Assembly: GCA_000002445.1 (NCBI GenBank)
Contig: CP000069.1
Span: 288,001-352,000 of the forward strand
DNA: 64,000 nucleotides
Reading direction: 5' to 3'
From: Trypanosoma brucei
Lineage: Eukaryota
In this document: one piece after another, positions 42,272 through 52,598 of the stretch
Layout of the letters: every line of letters begins with the position of its first letter
How positions within the stretch are numbered: the stretch's first letter is position 1
The notes under the pieces: generated by a model
The model's input: the letters and a program-made list of their open reading frames with translations, nothing else
What the model was told of the DNA's origin: nothing
The model's database searches: none
Translations under genes and position numbers: made by a program

Positions 42272-45200
42272 ATGCCACTTTACTGGTTTCTATTTTCCCT
42301 CTTTGATATTCTTCTCGAAGACACAAGATTTCACATACGAATAATACCACACATTACCGAAAATATGTGCCGGCAGGAAGGTGGCGGCAGAGGATGTGTG
42401 TACCCTCATGGAAACTGCAGGCGGAACCTTACCGCAAGGAGCCCTGCAAGGCGTTACAGCATGTACAAGCACTCACCTGTCATTACTGCTATGTCACTGC
42501 TACACTTGTTGCCTTTGCTACTCATGTGGATGCCACCTGTGTGCGCGGATGACAGTGCTGTGACGGTAAATGTGCTATCCATGATGTACAATTCGGAATA
42601 TTACGTTGAGAAAGTGAACGCCATCAATGCCGGCTTTGACGCATCACTGAGTGCCCACGGTTGGAAGACGGGCTCCGGTGCGACAATATCTGTCATCCGT
42701 CCCCCATCGTACAACACCACAGCTGAGGACATATTTCAGCTGGGGGCGAAACAAAGTGAAGGGAAGTTATTAGTTGTATTTGGGCCCCTGGGTACTGACC
42801 CTGTCGTTTGGGTTCGTGATAAACTAAAGGAAAATGATCTTGTTGCCATCGCTCCTATTGCGTACTCCGGTGAGGTCCGTGGTTGGAACCCTCACCTCTA
42901 TTCAATAAGTGTCGAACCCGATGCTGAGCTCCTCGCCCTCATTCGATACGCTGTTGTTTATCTGGGTCTGCCGCGTGTAGGTTTGATGTATGCGAAGGGT
43001 AATGGGTTTGACAAGGAGTCATATGAGTTTACCATGCGAATAATGGAAATGATGGGCCGCAAGCCATGTGGAGTGTTCGCTGTGGAGAGCAGTGGGGGTC
43101 GGGACGTCTTGGAGGGTGAATTGAATACCAAGTGGGGGCAATTTGTTGCTACACGTCCGCAGGCTGTACTGCTATTTTCGTCAATCGCGGATGATACCAC
43201 CGGGTGGTTTGTCAAGAAGATAGCACAGGACAACCGCACTGTGGACATGTACCTGCTCGCCCCTTCCAGTTTTCAACATTTTCTGATCAAAACATGGAGC
43301 GATGCGCTGGTGTCACTTAATCGTACGTTCACTCCTGGACAGCTGATCACAACTGGAACAGTGCCACTCGCTAGTGACAATCGGTCCTCGATGGTTCGGC
43401 ACTTCCAGCGTGACATGGACAATTACCTGGATACAAACAGTGACTGGAAGGGCTTTGCGAAACCTGAACATTACCTTAAGGACGACAAATTAGGGGAGAT
43501 GATGGTGTTTGGATGGCTTGCGGGAGAAGTTCTGTTTGGGGCCCTAAACAACGCTCCACAACTGACAAACCGTACTTCATTCATGGAATCTCTGTACAAG
43601 CAGCGTCGCTACGTGATTGATGACTTTGTGGTTGGTGACTTTGGTGGTGAGTGCGATGAGGGCGCTGCATTACAGGGTGCCATGTGTAATTGCAATCAAG
43701 GTGGCAGCATGGCGCATATGAGAGTTGTTGATGACAGCCTCAGTTTGAAGCCTATGAAGAAAGGCTCTGTGACGTGGAGTGTATCGGAGTGCTCAAGTGC
43801 TAATGTGCGGGTGAGCGCACCGTTAATCGGACTGTATGTAGTCCTTACGGATGATAAAGTTGCACAACGTGCGAGCATGAGGTGGTCGTTGGGCGCTCGG
43901 AGCCTCGAGGAAGCGGATGATGTTGATAAGAGAATATTTTTCCATTCCTTAAAGGTTAATTTGAAAAATTTAACGCAATCACTTGAACAAGTAAGGGACA
44001 CGAAGGCTGTAGCTGCAGTTCTTGGTGTTGTTACCGCTGATATTCTGAGCGTGCCGAATATGACTTTCATTGGCCCTATTCCACTGTTCCCCCGGTTGAA
44101 CAAGTTCTGGAGAAACGTGATCCATCTGCAACCGCTACTTGCGCAGCAGCTATATGTGCTTGCTGTATACCTCTCCAACACCTCTTCCATGGGAGTGAAG
44201 GCGCTTGTTCGCGGGGGTGAAGCATCTGAGGTTGTAGACACGCTTGATAAGTCATTGGTTACGTTTGGTGTGTCGCTTGATTCCAGTAAGACACTTGGTG
44301 ATGATGACCCAATGTCGTCATATCTCTCGGGTAATGGAGATGTGTTTTGTATTGGACTCACTCCCCCTGACGTTGCTGCGGTTGCGCGGCACCTTCAGAC
44401 CCACCGCAGGGCCCGTGTATTCGTTCCATTCAATGACATTTTGTTGTTTTACCAGGAGTTTGTGGCTGCATTTAATGCGAGTAAAGAGTCTATTGCCAGC
44501 TCAGAGCGGCTCCTATTCGCGACGAGTTTCCCACACTGGGCGGAGAAGAACACGAAATCAGATATGGTTGCGAGATTTCATCGCCATGTAAATGAATCGC
44601 ATTGGGATCCACTAACGTTCCTGGGCTTTGCTACCACTCGGTTGCTTCAGGTTGTTATCTCCAATATGAGGAAGGTGAATGCAGAGCTGCTGGCAGACCG
44701 CATTTACACGGAGTCCAACATCAGAGTGGATGACGTGCGATTTGGACCCTTCAGTGATGCGGAATGTGTTTCTGGTACGAGTGTTTCGGCAAATGAGTGT
44801 GCCTCAAACTTTGGAGCCACAAACATTTCTGTATGGTCGATGGCGCGTGTGCTGAATTCAAGCTTGCCCAGAACACAGGTTGGGATGACACCGTCTATGG
44901 ACTATGTTATTCCGCAAGAGGGTCAACTAACACAGTCACAGATAGCTGGAATAATTTCTGGGTGTGTATCCGCCTTGTTATTATTTATTGCCCTTGGTGT
45001 GTTCCTACACATCTCCCTGCGGAACGCTCGTAACAACAACCGTGCACCCAAGGAACCAACGGACCCCGTGACACTAATATTTACTGACATTGAGAGCAGC
45101 ACTGCGTTGTGGGCTGCACACCCTGATCTGATGCCCGATGCCGTCGCCGCGCATCATCGTATGGTCCGTTCACTGATTGGGAGGTATAAGTGCTACGAAG

Positions 45201-46096
45201 TTAAAACTGTTGGGGATTCGTTCATGATAGCGAGTAAGAGTCCTTTGGCTGCCGTCCAACTCGCACAGGAATTACAACTGTGTTTCTTGCATCATGACTG
45301 GGGAACAAATGCAGTTGATGATTCTTACCGTGAGTTTGAGGAGCAGCGTGCGGAGGGAGAATGTGAGTACACACCACCAACCGCGCATATGGATCCTGAA
45401 GTGTACAGTCGTTTGTGGAATGGCCTGCGTGTACGTGTTGGAATCCACACCGGGTTGTGCGACATCCGACACGATGAAGTGACGAAGGGATATGACTACT
45501 ATGGGCGGACTCCAAACATGGCAGCAAGGACAGAGAGTGTAGCAAATGGTGGTCAGGTGCTGATGACGCATGCGGCGTACATGTCGCTGTCAGCTGAGGA
45601 TCGTAAGCAAATTGATGTCACTGCACTTGGTGCTGTCGCACTTCGCGGTGTGAGTGATCCGGTTAAGATGTACCAGCTGAATACCGTGCCTAGTCGTAAC
45701 TTTGCTGCATTACGGCTGGACCGCGAATACTTTTTTGATGAGGGCGAGGATGGCACGACAACCTCCACGAGCGACCACAGTTCTTCACGTGCGGAGCTGA
45801 GTGAATCAGCTCAGATAATTGCAACTGCACTACAGTCGCTGTTAAGCACGTTCAAGACAGCGCATCGTGAGAAGTTGTTGCTGCCGTATTGTGAGCGTTG
45901 GCGTGTGCCTCTTCCCCGTAAAGCTGCATCCGAGTGGGATGACGCCTACTGTGAGGAAGTGGTGCGTCGCATTGCAGTTAAGGTTGGGCGCGTCGCTGAC
46001 CATGGCGCTCATAGTGGAAGTGAGTCGTCAAGTACGCAAGGCAGTTCATCAATTATTATCGTCCCCTTTTACGACATGCACCTTCAGGAATACTAA
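42272..46096 (+). CDS. GRESAG4: Receptor-type adenylate cyclase, GRESAG4 family, copy 4.
   Basis: It has the same architecture. It carries the cassette-A ectodomain (VDDSLSLKPMKKGS...FFHSLKVNLKNLTQSLEQV) as in copy 1, but is copy-2/3-like elsewhere. Confidence 0.9.
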   Translation: MPLYWFLFSLFDILLEDTRFHIRIIPHITENMCRQEGGGRGCVYPHGNCRRNLTARSPARRYSMYKHSPVITAMSLLHLLPLLLMWMPPVCADDSAVTVNVLSMMYNSEYYVEKVNAINAGFDASLSAHGWKTGSGATISVIRPPSYNTTAEDIFQLGAKQSEGKLLVVFGPLGTDPVVWVRDKLKENDLVAIAPIAYSGEVRGWNPHLYSISVEPDAELLALIRYAVVYLGLPRVGLMYAKGNGFDKESYEFTMRIMEMMGRKPCGVFAVESSGGRDVLEGELNTKWGQFVATRPQAVLLFSSIADDTTGWFVKKIAQDNRTVDMYLLAPSSFQHFLIKTWSDALVSLNRTFTPGQLITTGTVPLASDNRSSMVRHFQRDMDNYLDTNSDWKGFAKPEHYLKDDKLGEMMVFGWLAGEVLFGALNNAPQLTNRTSFMESLYKQRRYVIDDFVVGDFGGECDEGAALQGAMCNCNQGGSMAHMRVVDDSLSLKPMKKGSVTWSVSECSSANVRVSAPLIGLYVVLTDDKVAQRASMRWSLGARSLEEADDVDKRIFFHSLKVNLKNLTQSLEQVRDTKAVAAVLGVVTADILSVPNMTFIGPIPLFPRLNKFWRNVIHLQPLLAQQLYVLAVYLSNTSSMGVKALVRGGEASEVVDTLDKSLVTFGVSLDSSKTLGDDDPMSSYLSGNGDVFCIGLTPPDVAAVARHLQTHRRARVFVPFNDILLFYQEFVAAFNASKESIASSERLLFATSFPHWAEKNTKSDMVARFHRHVNESHWDPLTFLGFATTRLLQVVISNMRKVNAELLADRIYTESNIRVDDVRFGPFSDAECVSGTSVSANECASNFGATNISVWSMARVLNSSLPRTQVGMTPSMDYVIPQEGQLTQSQIAGIISGCVSALLLFIALGVFLHISLRNARNNNRAPKEPTDPVTLIFTDIESSTALWAAHPDLMPDAVAAHHRMVRSLIGRYKCYEVKTVGDSFMIASKSPLAAVQLAQELQLCFLHHDWGTNAVDDSYREFEEQRAEGECEYTPPTAHMDPEVYSRLWNGLRVRVGIHTGLCDIRHDEVTKGYDYYGRTPNMAARTESVANGGQVLMTHAAYMSLSAEDRKQIDVTALGAVALRGVSDPVKMYQLNTVPSRNFAALRLDREYFFDEGEDGTTTSTSDHSSSRAELSESAQIIATALQSLLSTFKTAHREKLLLPYCERWRVPLPRKAASEWDDAYCEEVVRRIAVKVGRVADHGAHSGSESSSTQGSSSIIIVPFYDMHLQEY

Positions 46097-47030
46097 CCTT
46101 GTCATTGATGATATTCGTAGAGTAGCAGTAACACACCGGATTTCTGTTGGGTCGCCATTATTACGATGAAGCCGTTGCCCATCGGCCGATGGCTCGCAAT
46201 GTAAATGAATGTTATATGCATTAATAGTGCCAGCGTTTAGTGACGTTCATGCTTATTTCAACAATATGTTTATTTTTTTTTAACTCTTGTTTTTATTTTC
46301 TTACATATCAAATCTTCCAGTGGTAATTCTTCCCTTGTATGCCAACAGGAGTGCGTAGACCTGCATTATCTTTTAAAAAATACATATTACCTTCTTACGT
46401 GTTAACTTTGTGAAACATAACCTATGCGACATGATCTTTTCGAATGATGGATATGCAAATGACTCTGCCCCAATGCCATGTGTCATGCTGTCCAGCACTC
46501 AGTGTTGGTGGTGACTTTATGAGCACCGCTTTAACTATTGTTTGGCAGTGCATTCCTTGTTTTTATGAAGTCAGGTTGATGCGCAGTGGTTGCCGTTATT
46601 TCTTTCCTTTGTAAATATACATAAATATATGCATATTTCAGTATTTAAATACGTATGCTTACCTTGTTTGAGGTTCTATCATATTTGAAAAACATTTTTT
46701 TTATTTTTGTTTTGTCTACCTCACTTTAATGCTATATTTATCCACTACGGCACAGCAGGTGGCACCTTCCTCACACAGTCCCATGGAGGTTTATTTGCGA
46801 TTGCCCAGGAGGTGGAACAGGAGGGGGAATATGGGAGTTAGGCGATGCGTCACAATTGCACTTTGCCGCTCTTACGGTGAGTTAACCGAATATTCTTTCG
46901 TGTGTGAACCGTAGTATTTCCACCCTCCCAGGGTTGAGGGTTTAATATTTTGATTATGTCGCGATTGGTGACTTTCTATTTCTGTCCAATACGTCGCCGG
47001 GCATGATCTGCATATGTATTAAGCGCGCCG

Positions 47031-50000
47031 ATGCCACTTTACTGGTTTCTATTTTCCCTCTTTGATATTCTTCTCGAAGACACAAGATTTCACATACGAA
47101 TAATACCACACATTACCGAAAATATGTGCCGGCAGGAAGGTGGCGGAAGAGGATGTGTGTACCCTCATGGAAACTGCAGGCGGAACCTTACCGCAAGGAG
47201 CCCTGCAAGGCGTTACAGCATGTACAAGCACTTACCTGTCATTACTGCTATATCACTGCTACACTTGTTGCCTTTGCTACTCATGTGGATGCCACCTGTG
47301 TGCGCGGATGACAGTGCTGTGACGGTAAATGTGCTATCCATGATGTACAATTCGGAATATTACGTTGAGAAAGTGAACGCCATCAATGCCGGCTTTGACG
47401 CATCACTGAGTGCCCACGGTTGGAAGACGGGCTCCGGTGCGACAATATCTGTCATCCGTCCCCCATCGTACAACACCACAGCTGAGGACATATTTCAGCT
47501 GGGGGCGAAACAAAGTGAAGGGAAGTTATTAGTTGTATTCGGGCCCCTGGGTACTGACCCTGTCGTTTGGGTTCGTGATAAACTAAAGGAAAATGATCTT
47601 GTTGCCATCGCTCCTATTGCGTACTCCAGTGAGGTCCGTGGTTTTAATCCCCACCTCTATTCAATAAGTGTCGAACCCAATGCTGAGCTCCTCGCCCTCA
47701 TTCGATACGCTGTTGTTTATCTGGGTCTGCCGCGTGTGGGTTTGATGTATGCGAAGGGTAATGGGTTTGACAAGGAGTCATATGAGTTTACCATGCGAAT
47801 AATGGAAATGATGGGCCGCAAGCCATGTGGAGTGTTCGCTGTGGAGAGCAGTGGGGGTCGGGACGTCTTGGAGGGTGAATTGAATACCAAGTGGGGGCAA
47901 TTTGTTGCTACACGTCCGCAGGCTGTACTGCTATTTTCGTCAATCGCGGATGATACCACCGGGTGGTTTGTCAAGAAGATAGCACAGGACAACCGCACTG
48001 TGGACATGTACCTGCTCGCCCCTTCCAGTTTTCAACATTTTCTGATCAAAACATGGAGCGATGCGCTGGTGTCACTTAATCGTACGTTCACTCCTGGACA
48101 GCTGATCACAACTGGAACAGTGCCACTCGCTAGTGACAATCGGTCCTCGATGGTTCGGCACTTCCAGCGTGACATGGACAATTACCTGGATACAAACAGT
48201 GACTGGAAGGGCTTTGCGAAACCTGAACATTACCTTAAGGACGACAAATTAGGGGAGATGATGGTGTTTGGATGGCTTGCGGGAGAAGTTCTGTTTGAGG
48301 CCCTAAACAACGCTCCACAACTGACAAACCGTACTTCATTCATGGAATCTCTGTACAAGCAGCGTCGCTACGTGATTGATGACTTTGTGGTTGGTGACTT
48401 TGGTGGTGAGTGCGATGAGGGCGCTGCATTACAGGGTGCCATGTGTAATTGCAATCAAGGTGGCAGCATGGCGCATATGAGAGTTGTTGATGACAGCCTC
48501 AGTTTGAAGCCTATGAACAGCGCCTCTGTGACGTGGAGTGTATCGGAGTGCTCAAGTGCTAATGTGCGGGTGAGCGCACCGTTAATCGGACTGTATGTAG
48601 TCCTTACGGATGATAAAGTTGCACAACGTGCGAGCATGAGGTGGTCGTTGGGCGCTCGGAGCCTCGAGGAAGCGGATGATGTTGATAAGAGAATATTTTT
48701 TTACCCACTATACGCAGAGTCAGGAAATGCAGCGAAGACTTTTGAAAAAATTCGCGACACGAAGGCTGTAGCTGCAGTTCTTGGTGTTGTTACCGCTGAT
48801 ATTCTGAGCGTGCCGAATATGACTTTCATTGGTACTCTTCCCCTGTCCCCCCGGTTGAACAAGTTCTGGAGAAACGTGATCCATCTGCAACCGCTACTTG
48901 CGCAGCAGCTATATGTGCTTGCTGTATACCTCTCCAACACCTCTTCCATGGGAGTGAAGGCGCTTGTTCGCGGGGGTGAAGCATCTGAGGTTGTAGACAC
49001 GCTTGATAAGTCATTGGTTACGTTTGGTGTGTCGCTTGATTCCAGTAAGACACTTGGTGATGATGACCCAATGTCGTCATATCTCTCGGGTAATGGAGAT
49101 GTGTTTTGTATTGGACTCACTCCCCCTGACGTTGCTGCGGTTGCGCGGCACCTTCAGACCCACCTCAGGGCCCGTGTATTCGTTCCATTCAATGACATTT
49201 TGTTGTTTTACCAGGAGTTTGTGGCTGCATTTAATGCGAGTAAAGAGTCTATTGCCAGCTCAGAGCGGCTCCTATTCGCGACGAGTTTCCCACACTGGGC
49301 GGAGAAGAACACGAAATCAGATATGGTTGCGAGATTTCATCGCCATGTAAATGAATCGCATTGGGATCCACTAACGTTCCTGGGCTTTGCTACCACTCGG
49401 CTGCTTCAGGTTGTTATCTCCAATATGAGGAAGGTGAATGCAGAGCTGCTGGCAGACCGCATTTACACGGAGTCCAACATCAGAGTGGATGACGTGCGAT
49501 TTGGACCCTTCAGTGATGCGGAATGTGTTTCTGGTACGAGTGTTTCGGCAAATGAGTGTGCCTCAAACTTTGGAGCCACAAACATTTCTGTATGGTCGAT
49601 GGCGCGTGTGCTGAATTCAAGCTTGCCCAGAACACAGGTTGGGATGACACCGTCTATGGACTATGTTATTCCGCGAGAGGGTCAACTCACACAGTCACAG
49701 ATAGCTGGAATAATTTCTGGGTGTGTATCCGCCTTGTTATTATTTATTGCCCTTGGTGTGTTCCTACACATCTCCCTGCGGAACGCTCGTAACAACAACC
49801 GTGCACCCAAGGAACCAACGGACCCCGTGACACTAATATTTACTGACATTGAGAGCAGCACTGCGTTGTGGGCTGCACACCCTGATCTGATGCCCGATGC
49901 CGTCGCCGCGCATCATCGTATGGTCCGTTCACTGATTGGGAGGTATAACTGCTACGAAGTCAAAACTGTTGGGGATTCGTTCATGATAGCGAGTAAGAGT

Positions 50001-50864
50001 CCTTTCGCTGCCGTCCAACTCGCACAGGAATTACAACTGTGTTTCTTGCATCATGACTGGGGAACAAATGCAGTTGATGATTCTTACCGTGAGTTTGAGG
50101 AGCAGCGTGCGGAGGGAGAATGTGAGTACACACCACCAACCGCGCATATGGATCCTGAAGTGTACAGTCGTTTGTGGAATGGCCTGCGTGTACGTGTTGG
50201 AATCCACACCGGGTTGTGCGACATCCGACACGATGAAGTGACGAAGGGATATGACTACTATGGGCGGACTCCAAACATGGCAGCAAGGACGGAGAGTGTA
50301 GCAAATGGTGGTCAGGTGCTGATGACGCATGCGGCGTACATGTCGCTGTCAGCTGAGGATCGTAAGCAAATTGATGTCACTGCACTTGGTGCTGTCGCAC
50401 TTCGCGGTGTGAGTGATCCGGTTAAGATGTACCAGCTGAATACCGTGCCTAGTCGTAACTTTGCTGCATTGCGGCTGGACCGCGAATACTTTTTTGATGA
50501 GGGCGAGGATGGCACGACAACCTCCACAAGCGACCACAGTTCTTCACGTGCGGAGCTGAGTGAATCAGCTCAGATAATTGCAACTGCACTACAGTCGCTG
50601 TTAAGCACGTTCAAGACAGCGCATCGTGAGAAGTTGTTGCTGCCGTATTGTGAGCGTTGGCGTGTGCCTCTTCCCCGTAAAGCCGCATCCGAGTGGGATG
50701 ACGCCTACTGTGAGGAAGTGGTGCGTCGCATTGCAGTTAAGGTTGGGCGTGTCGCTGACCATGGCGCTCATAGTGGAAGTGAGTCGTCAAGTACGCAAGG
50801 CAGTTCATCAATTATTATCGTCCCCTTTTACGACCCTTGCTACCGTGAAATGTGTTCTTTTTAA
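47031..50864 (+). CDS. GRESAG4: Receptor-type adenylate cyclase, GRESAG4 family, copy 5, at the array edge. Its C-terminus is divergent.
   Basis: This 1277-aa ORF has a chimeric ectodomain: VDDSLSLKPM from cassette A joined to NSAS...FFYPLYAESGNAAKTFEKI from cassette B. Its private substitutions are GFNPHLY, TLPLSPR, IPREGQ and RYNCY. The C-terminal PFYDPCYREMCSF replaces PFYDMHLQEY where array homology ends near 50823. Confidence 0.9.
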   Translation: MPLYWFLFSLFDILLEDTRFHIRIIPHITENMCRQEGGGRGCVYPHGNCRRNLTARSPARRYSMYKHLPVITAISLLHLLPLLLMWMPPVCADDSAVTVNVLSMMYNSEYYVEKVNAINAGFDASLSAHGWKTGSGATISVIRPPSYNTTAEDIFQLGAKQSEGKLLVVFGPLGTDPVVWVRDKLKENDLVAIAPIAYSSEVRGFNPHLYSISVEPNAELLALIRYAVVYLGLPRVGLMYAKGNGFDKESYEFTMRIMEMMGRKPCGVFAVESSGGRDVLEGELNTKWGQFVATRPQAVLLFSSIADDTTGWFVKKIAQDNRTVDMYLLAPSSFQHFLIKTWSDALVSLNRTFTPGQLITTGTVPLASDNRSSMVRHFQRDMDNYLDTNSDWKGFAKPEHYLKDDKLGEMMVFGWLAGEVLFEALNNAPQLTNRTSFMESLYKQRRYVIDDFVVGDFGGECDEGAALQGAMCNCNQGGSMAHMRVVDDSLSLKPMNSASVTWSVSECSSANVRVSAPLIGLYVVLTDDKVAQRASMRWSLGARSLEEADDVDKRIFFYPLYAESGNAAKTFEKIRDTKAVAAVLGVVTADILSVPNMTFIGTLPLSPRLNKFWRNVIHLQPLLAQQLYVLAVYLSNTSSMGVKALVRGGEASEVVDTLDKSLVTFGVSLDSSKTLGDDDPMSSYLSGNGDVFCIGLTPPDVAAVARHLQTHLRARVFVPFNDILLFYQEFVAAFNASKESIASSERLLFATSFPHWAEKNTKSDMVARFHRHVNESHWDPLTFLGFATTRLLQVVISNMRKVNAELLADRIYTESNIRVDDVRFGPFSDAECVSGTSVSANECASNFGATNISVWSMARVLNSSLPRTQVGMTPSMDYVIPREGQLTQSQIAGIISGCVSALLLFIALGVFLHISLRNARNNNRAPKEPTDPVTLIFTDIESSTALWAAHPDLMPDAVAAHHRMVRSLIGRYNCYEVKTVGDSFMIASKSPFAAVQLAQELQLCFLHHDWGTNAVDDSYREFEEQRAEGECEYTPPTAHMDPEVYSRLWNGLRVRVGIHTGLCDIRHDEVTKGYDYYGRTPNMAARTESVANGGQVLMTHAAYMSLSAEDRKQIDVTALGAVALRGVSDPVKMYQLNTVPSRNFAALRLDREYFFDEGEDGTTTSTSDHSSSRAELSESAQIIATALQSLLSTFKTAHREKLLLPYCERWRVPLPRKAASEWDDAYCEEVVRRIAVKVGRVADHGAHSGSESSSTQGSSSIIIVPFYDPCYREMCSF

Positions 50865-52114
50865 TTGCTGGTTTGGAGGGTAGCAAGAGTCGCACGTCTT
50901 GATTGTTGTTCATGTTGTCGCCGTTGTAACCGGGGTGGCCACTCGGTGTTCGTGATGTAGAACCTCTATTTTTTTTTTTTTAAAGAGTGGTTATCGTTTT
51001 TTTTTTTAAGAAAATTTCTTTTTATCTGTTATTTAATTCTGCGTCGATGTCTCAAGTGTTTTCAATATCGCGCGTGCGCAACTATCGTTTACGATGATAT
51101 TAATTTCCATTCGTAACTGTGACATGAGCGCACCTACAAGTTTGAAATTTTGTAGATATGCGGTTGTATCAGTATGGCAAGAAATGTCATATGTAACAAA
51201 TGCAGCTTGTCAGTTGTCGTTGATTTCATTTTCCTCTCTTTGCTTTGTAGAAATGTGTATATGAACTTATCTGTGAATATGATGGTTTCCGGTGTTTTTT
51301 TTAAAATTACCATTGAGTAATTTTGTTTTTTGTTTCCAATTTGTGGATATTCTTTTTTTTTTCCCCTGCTTTACTTCTGTTGATGCTGTTTCGTTAGACC
51401 TTCTTTGTTGTAACCTGCAAGGCCTAATCTCCCGGCGGAATATGCCAGCATTTTATGCATTTGGTGAGTGGTCTGACGTCTTTTCCGGAGGGAGGAAATG
51501 GGAAACATGGGGTGGAAGGGTTATTAGGTGGTGATAACGTTTCTTTTTTCATTAATTTTTTTCGGACGTTTCCTTTGTTAAGGTAATGGTCTTACTTGCT
51601 CGCATGTGCGCTGTTGCGTTGAACTTTGCTTCTATACTCGTTGTTGGGTGTACCCGTATTTCTTTCTTTTTTCTTTGATGGTTTGTAAAGGGCGTGGAGA
51701 ATGGAAGTGGTATGACTTTTAGGAGCCGCTATGCGGGAGTGTTCTGGTGATTTACGTGCGAAAATGGGCACATATGCGACTGTGGCGTTCTGTGGTGATG
51801 TCTTCGCCCCTCTCGCATCCGCGTGGTTGTGTTAACACTTCGCCGTTACGTCGTGTAGTGCCCATGTGCGGGGTGATACAGTTGTTGCGGTGGCAAACAA
51901 TAGTTAAGTGCATGAGGGCGGGTGTAGAGAAAGACTTTCGTCGGGCAAAATAAGCCGCTGGGCTTCTTTAACGATGTGACGACCTTTCGATTTTTTTGCT
52001 GATGGGCAACTGTGCGGTTCCTCGTGCTCAATCAACGGATCACTGCTGTTGGTTGCTCTGCGTCGCTGCTGTCGTGCCTGCTTCCCCCATCTTTTGACTC
52101 GATGGGTGCTGGAG

Positions 52115-52133
52115 GTGTGTGTGTGTGTGTGTG
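52115..52133. repeat. (GT)n microsatellite left of the hairpin. The mirror-image (CA)n(GA)n lies at 52815-52841 right of the hairpin.
   Basis: Sequence reads gtgtgtgtgtgtgtgtgtg on the left and cacacacacacacacacagagagaga on the right. Confidence 0.9.
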
Positions 52134-52475
52134 GAGGGTTGTCTGATTTCTTTTAGCTTTTCAATGCTGCAGAGACAAACCCACATTTTTTTTGTTTCTC
52201 TTTTGCATAAATGAGATGCCGTGGAGACACTAAATGGCGACGTGTGCCTCCAACTGTCATGATGACGACTGTCATGTTCCGCCAATGCCTTCAGGTAGCC
52301 GAAATGTTTGGCTTTAAACAGTGTGTGCGTGTTTGTGGGGTGCGTGGGAACCGGAACTCCGGTGTCTCGGGGAAATGCGTGCCGCTTCTGATGAACCTTC
52401 GCCTCCCCCCGATAGCGAGGGAAGCCCGGTTCCCTCCGTCCACCGCAACGGACTCTTTTACTTGCGTATTGTCGA

Positions 52476-52598
52476 ATATTCACACGAGGGAACTGAATTG
52501 GGTTTCCGTCAACTCCGCCTCTACAACTAAACTCGTCTGTGCCGCACCTCCAGAGGCGGGGTTGACGGAAACCCAATTCAGTTCCCTCGTGTGAATAT
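52476..52598. repeat. Near-perfect inverted repeat forming a hairpin. Each arm is 47 nt (52476-52522 and 52552-52598) and the loop is 29 nt. There is a single mismatch, which becomes a U-G wobble in the plus-strand transcript.
   Basis: The left arm is ATATTCACACGAGGGAACTGAATTGGGTTTCCGTCAACTCCGCCTCT. The reverse complement of the right arm is ATATTCACACGAGGGAACTGAATTGGGTTTCCGTCAACCCCGCCTCT. The same peptide YSHEGTELGFRQ appears in ORFs on both strands (52321..52530+ and 52040..52726-). Confidence 0.9.

Larger units (their letters stand above)
27273..50825 (+). repeat. Tandem array of about 4.95 units of a 4754-4759 bp repeat. Each unit carries one receptor-type adenylate cyclase gene and a roughly 0.93-kb spacer.
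   Basis: The CDS starts at 28005, 32764, 37518, 42272 and 47031 are spaced 4759, 4754, 4754 and 4759 bp apart. Spacers and flanking small ORFs recur identically. Homology ends inside the 3' end of copy 5. Confidence 0.95.

Noticed and set aside
27273-50825. Reading the regularly spaced repeats as a CRISPR array or a prokaryotic mobile-element cluster.
   Set aside because: The repeat unit is 4.75 kb and encodes a full eukaryotic receptor adenylate cyclase. The genome context, with PTUs, polypyrimidine tracts and microsatellites, is kinetoplastid nuclear DNA.
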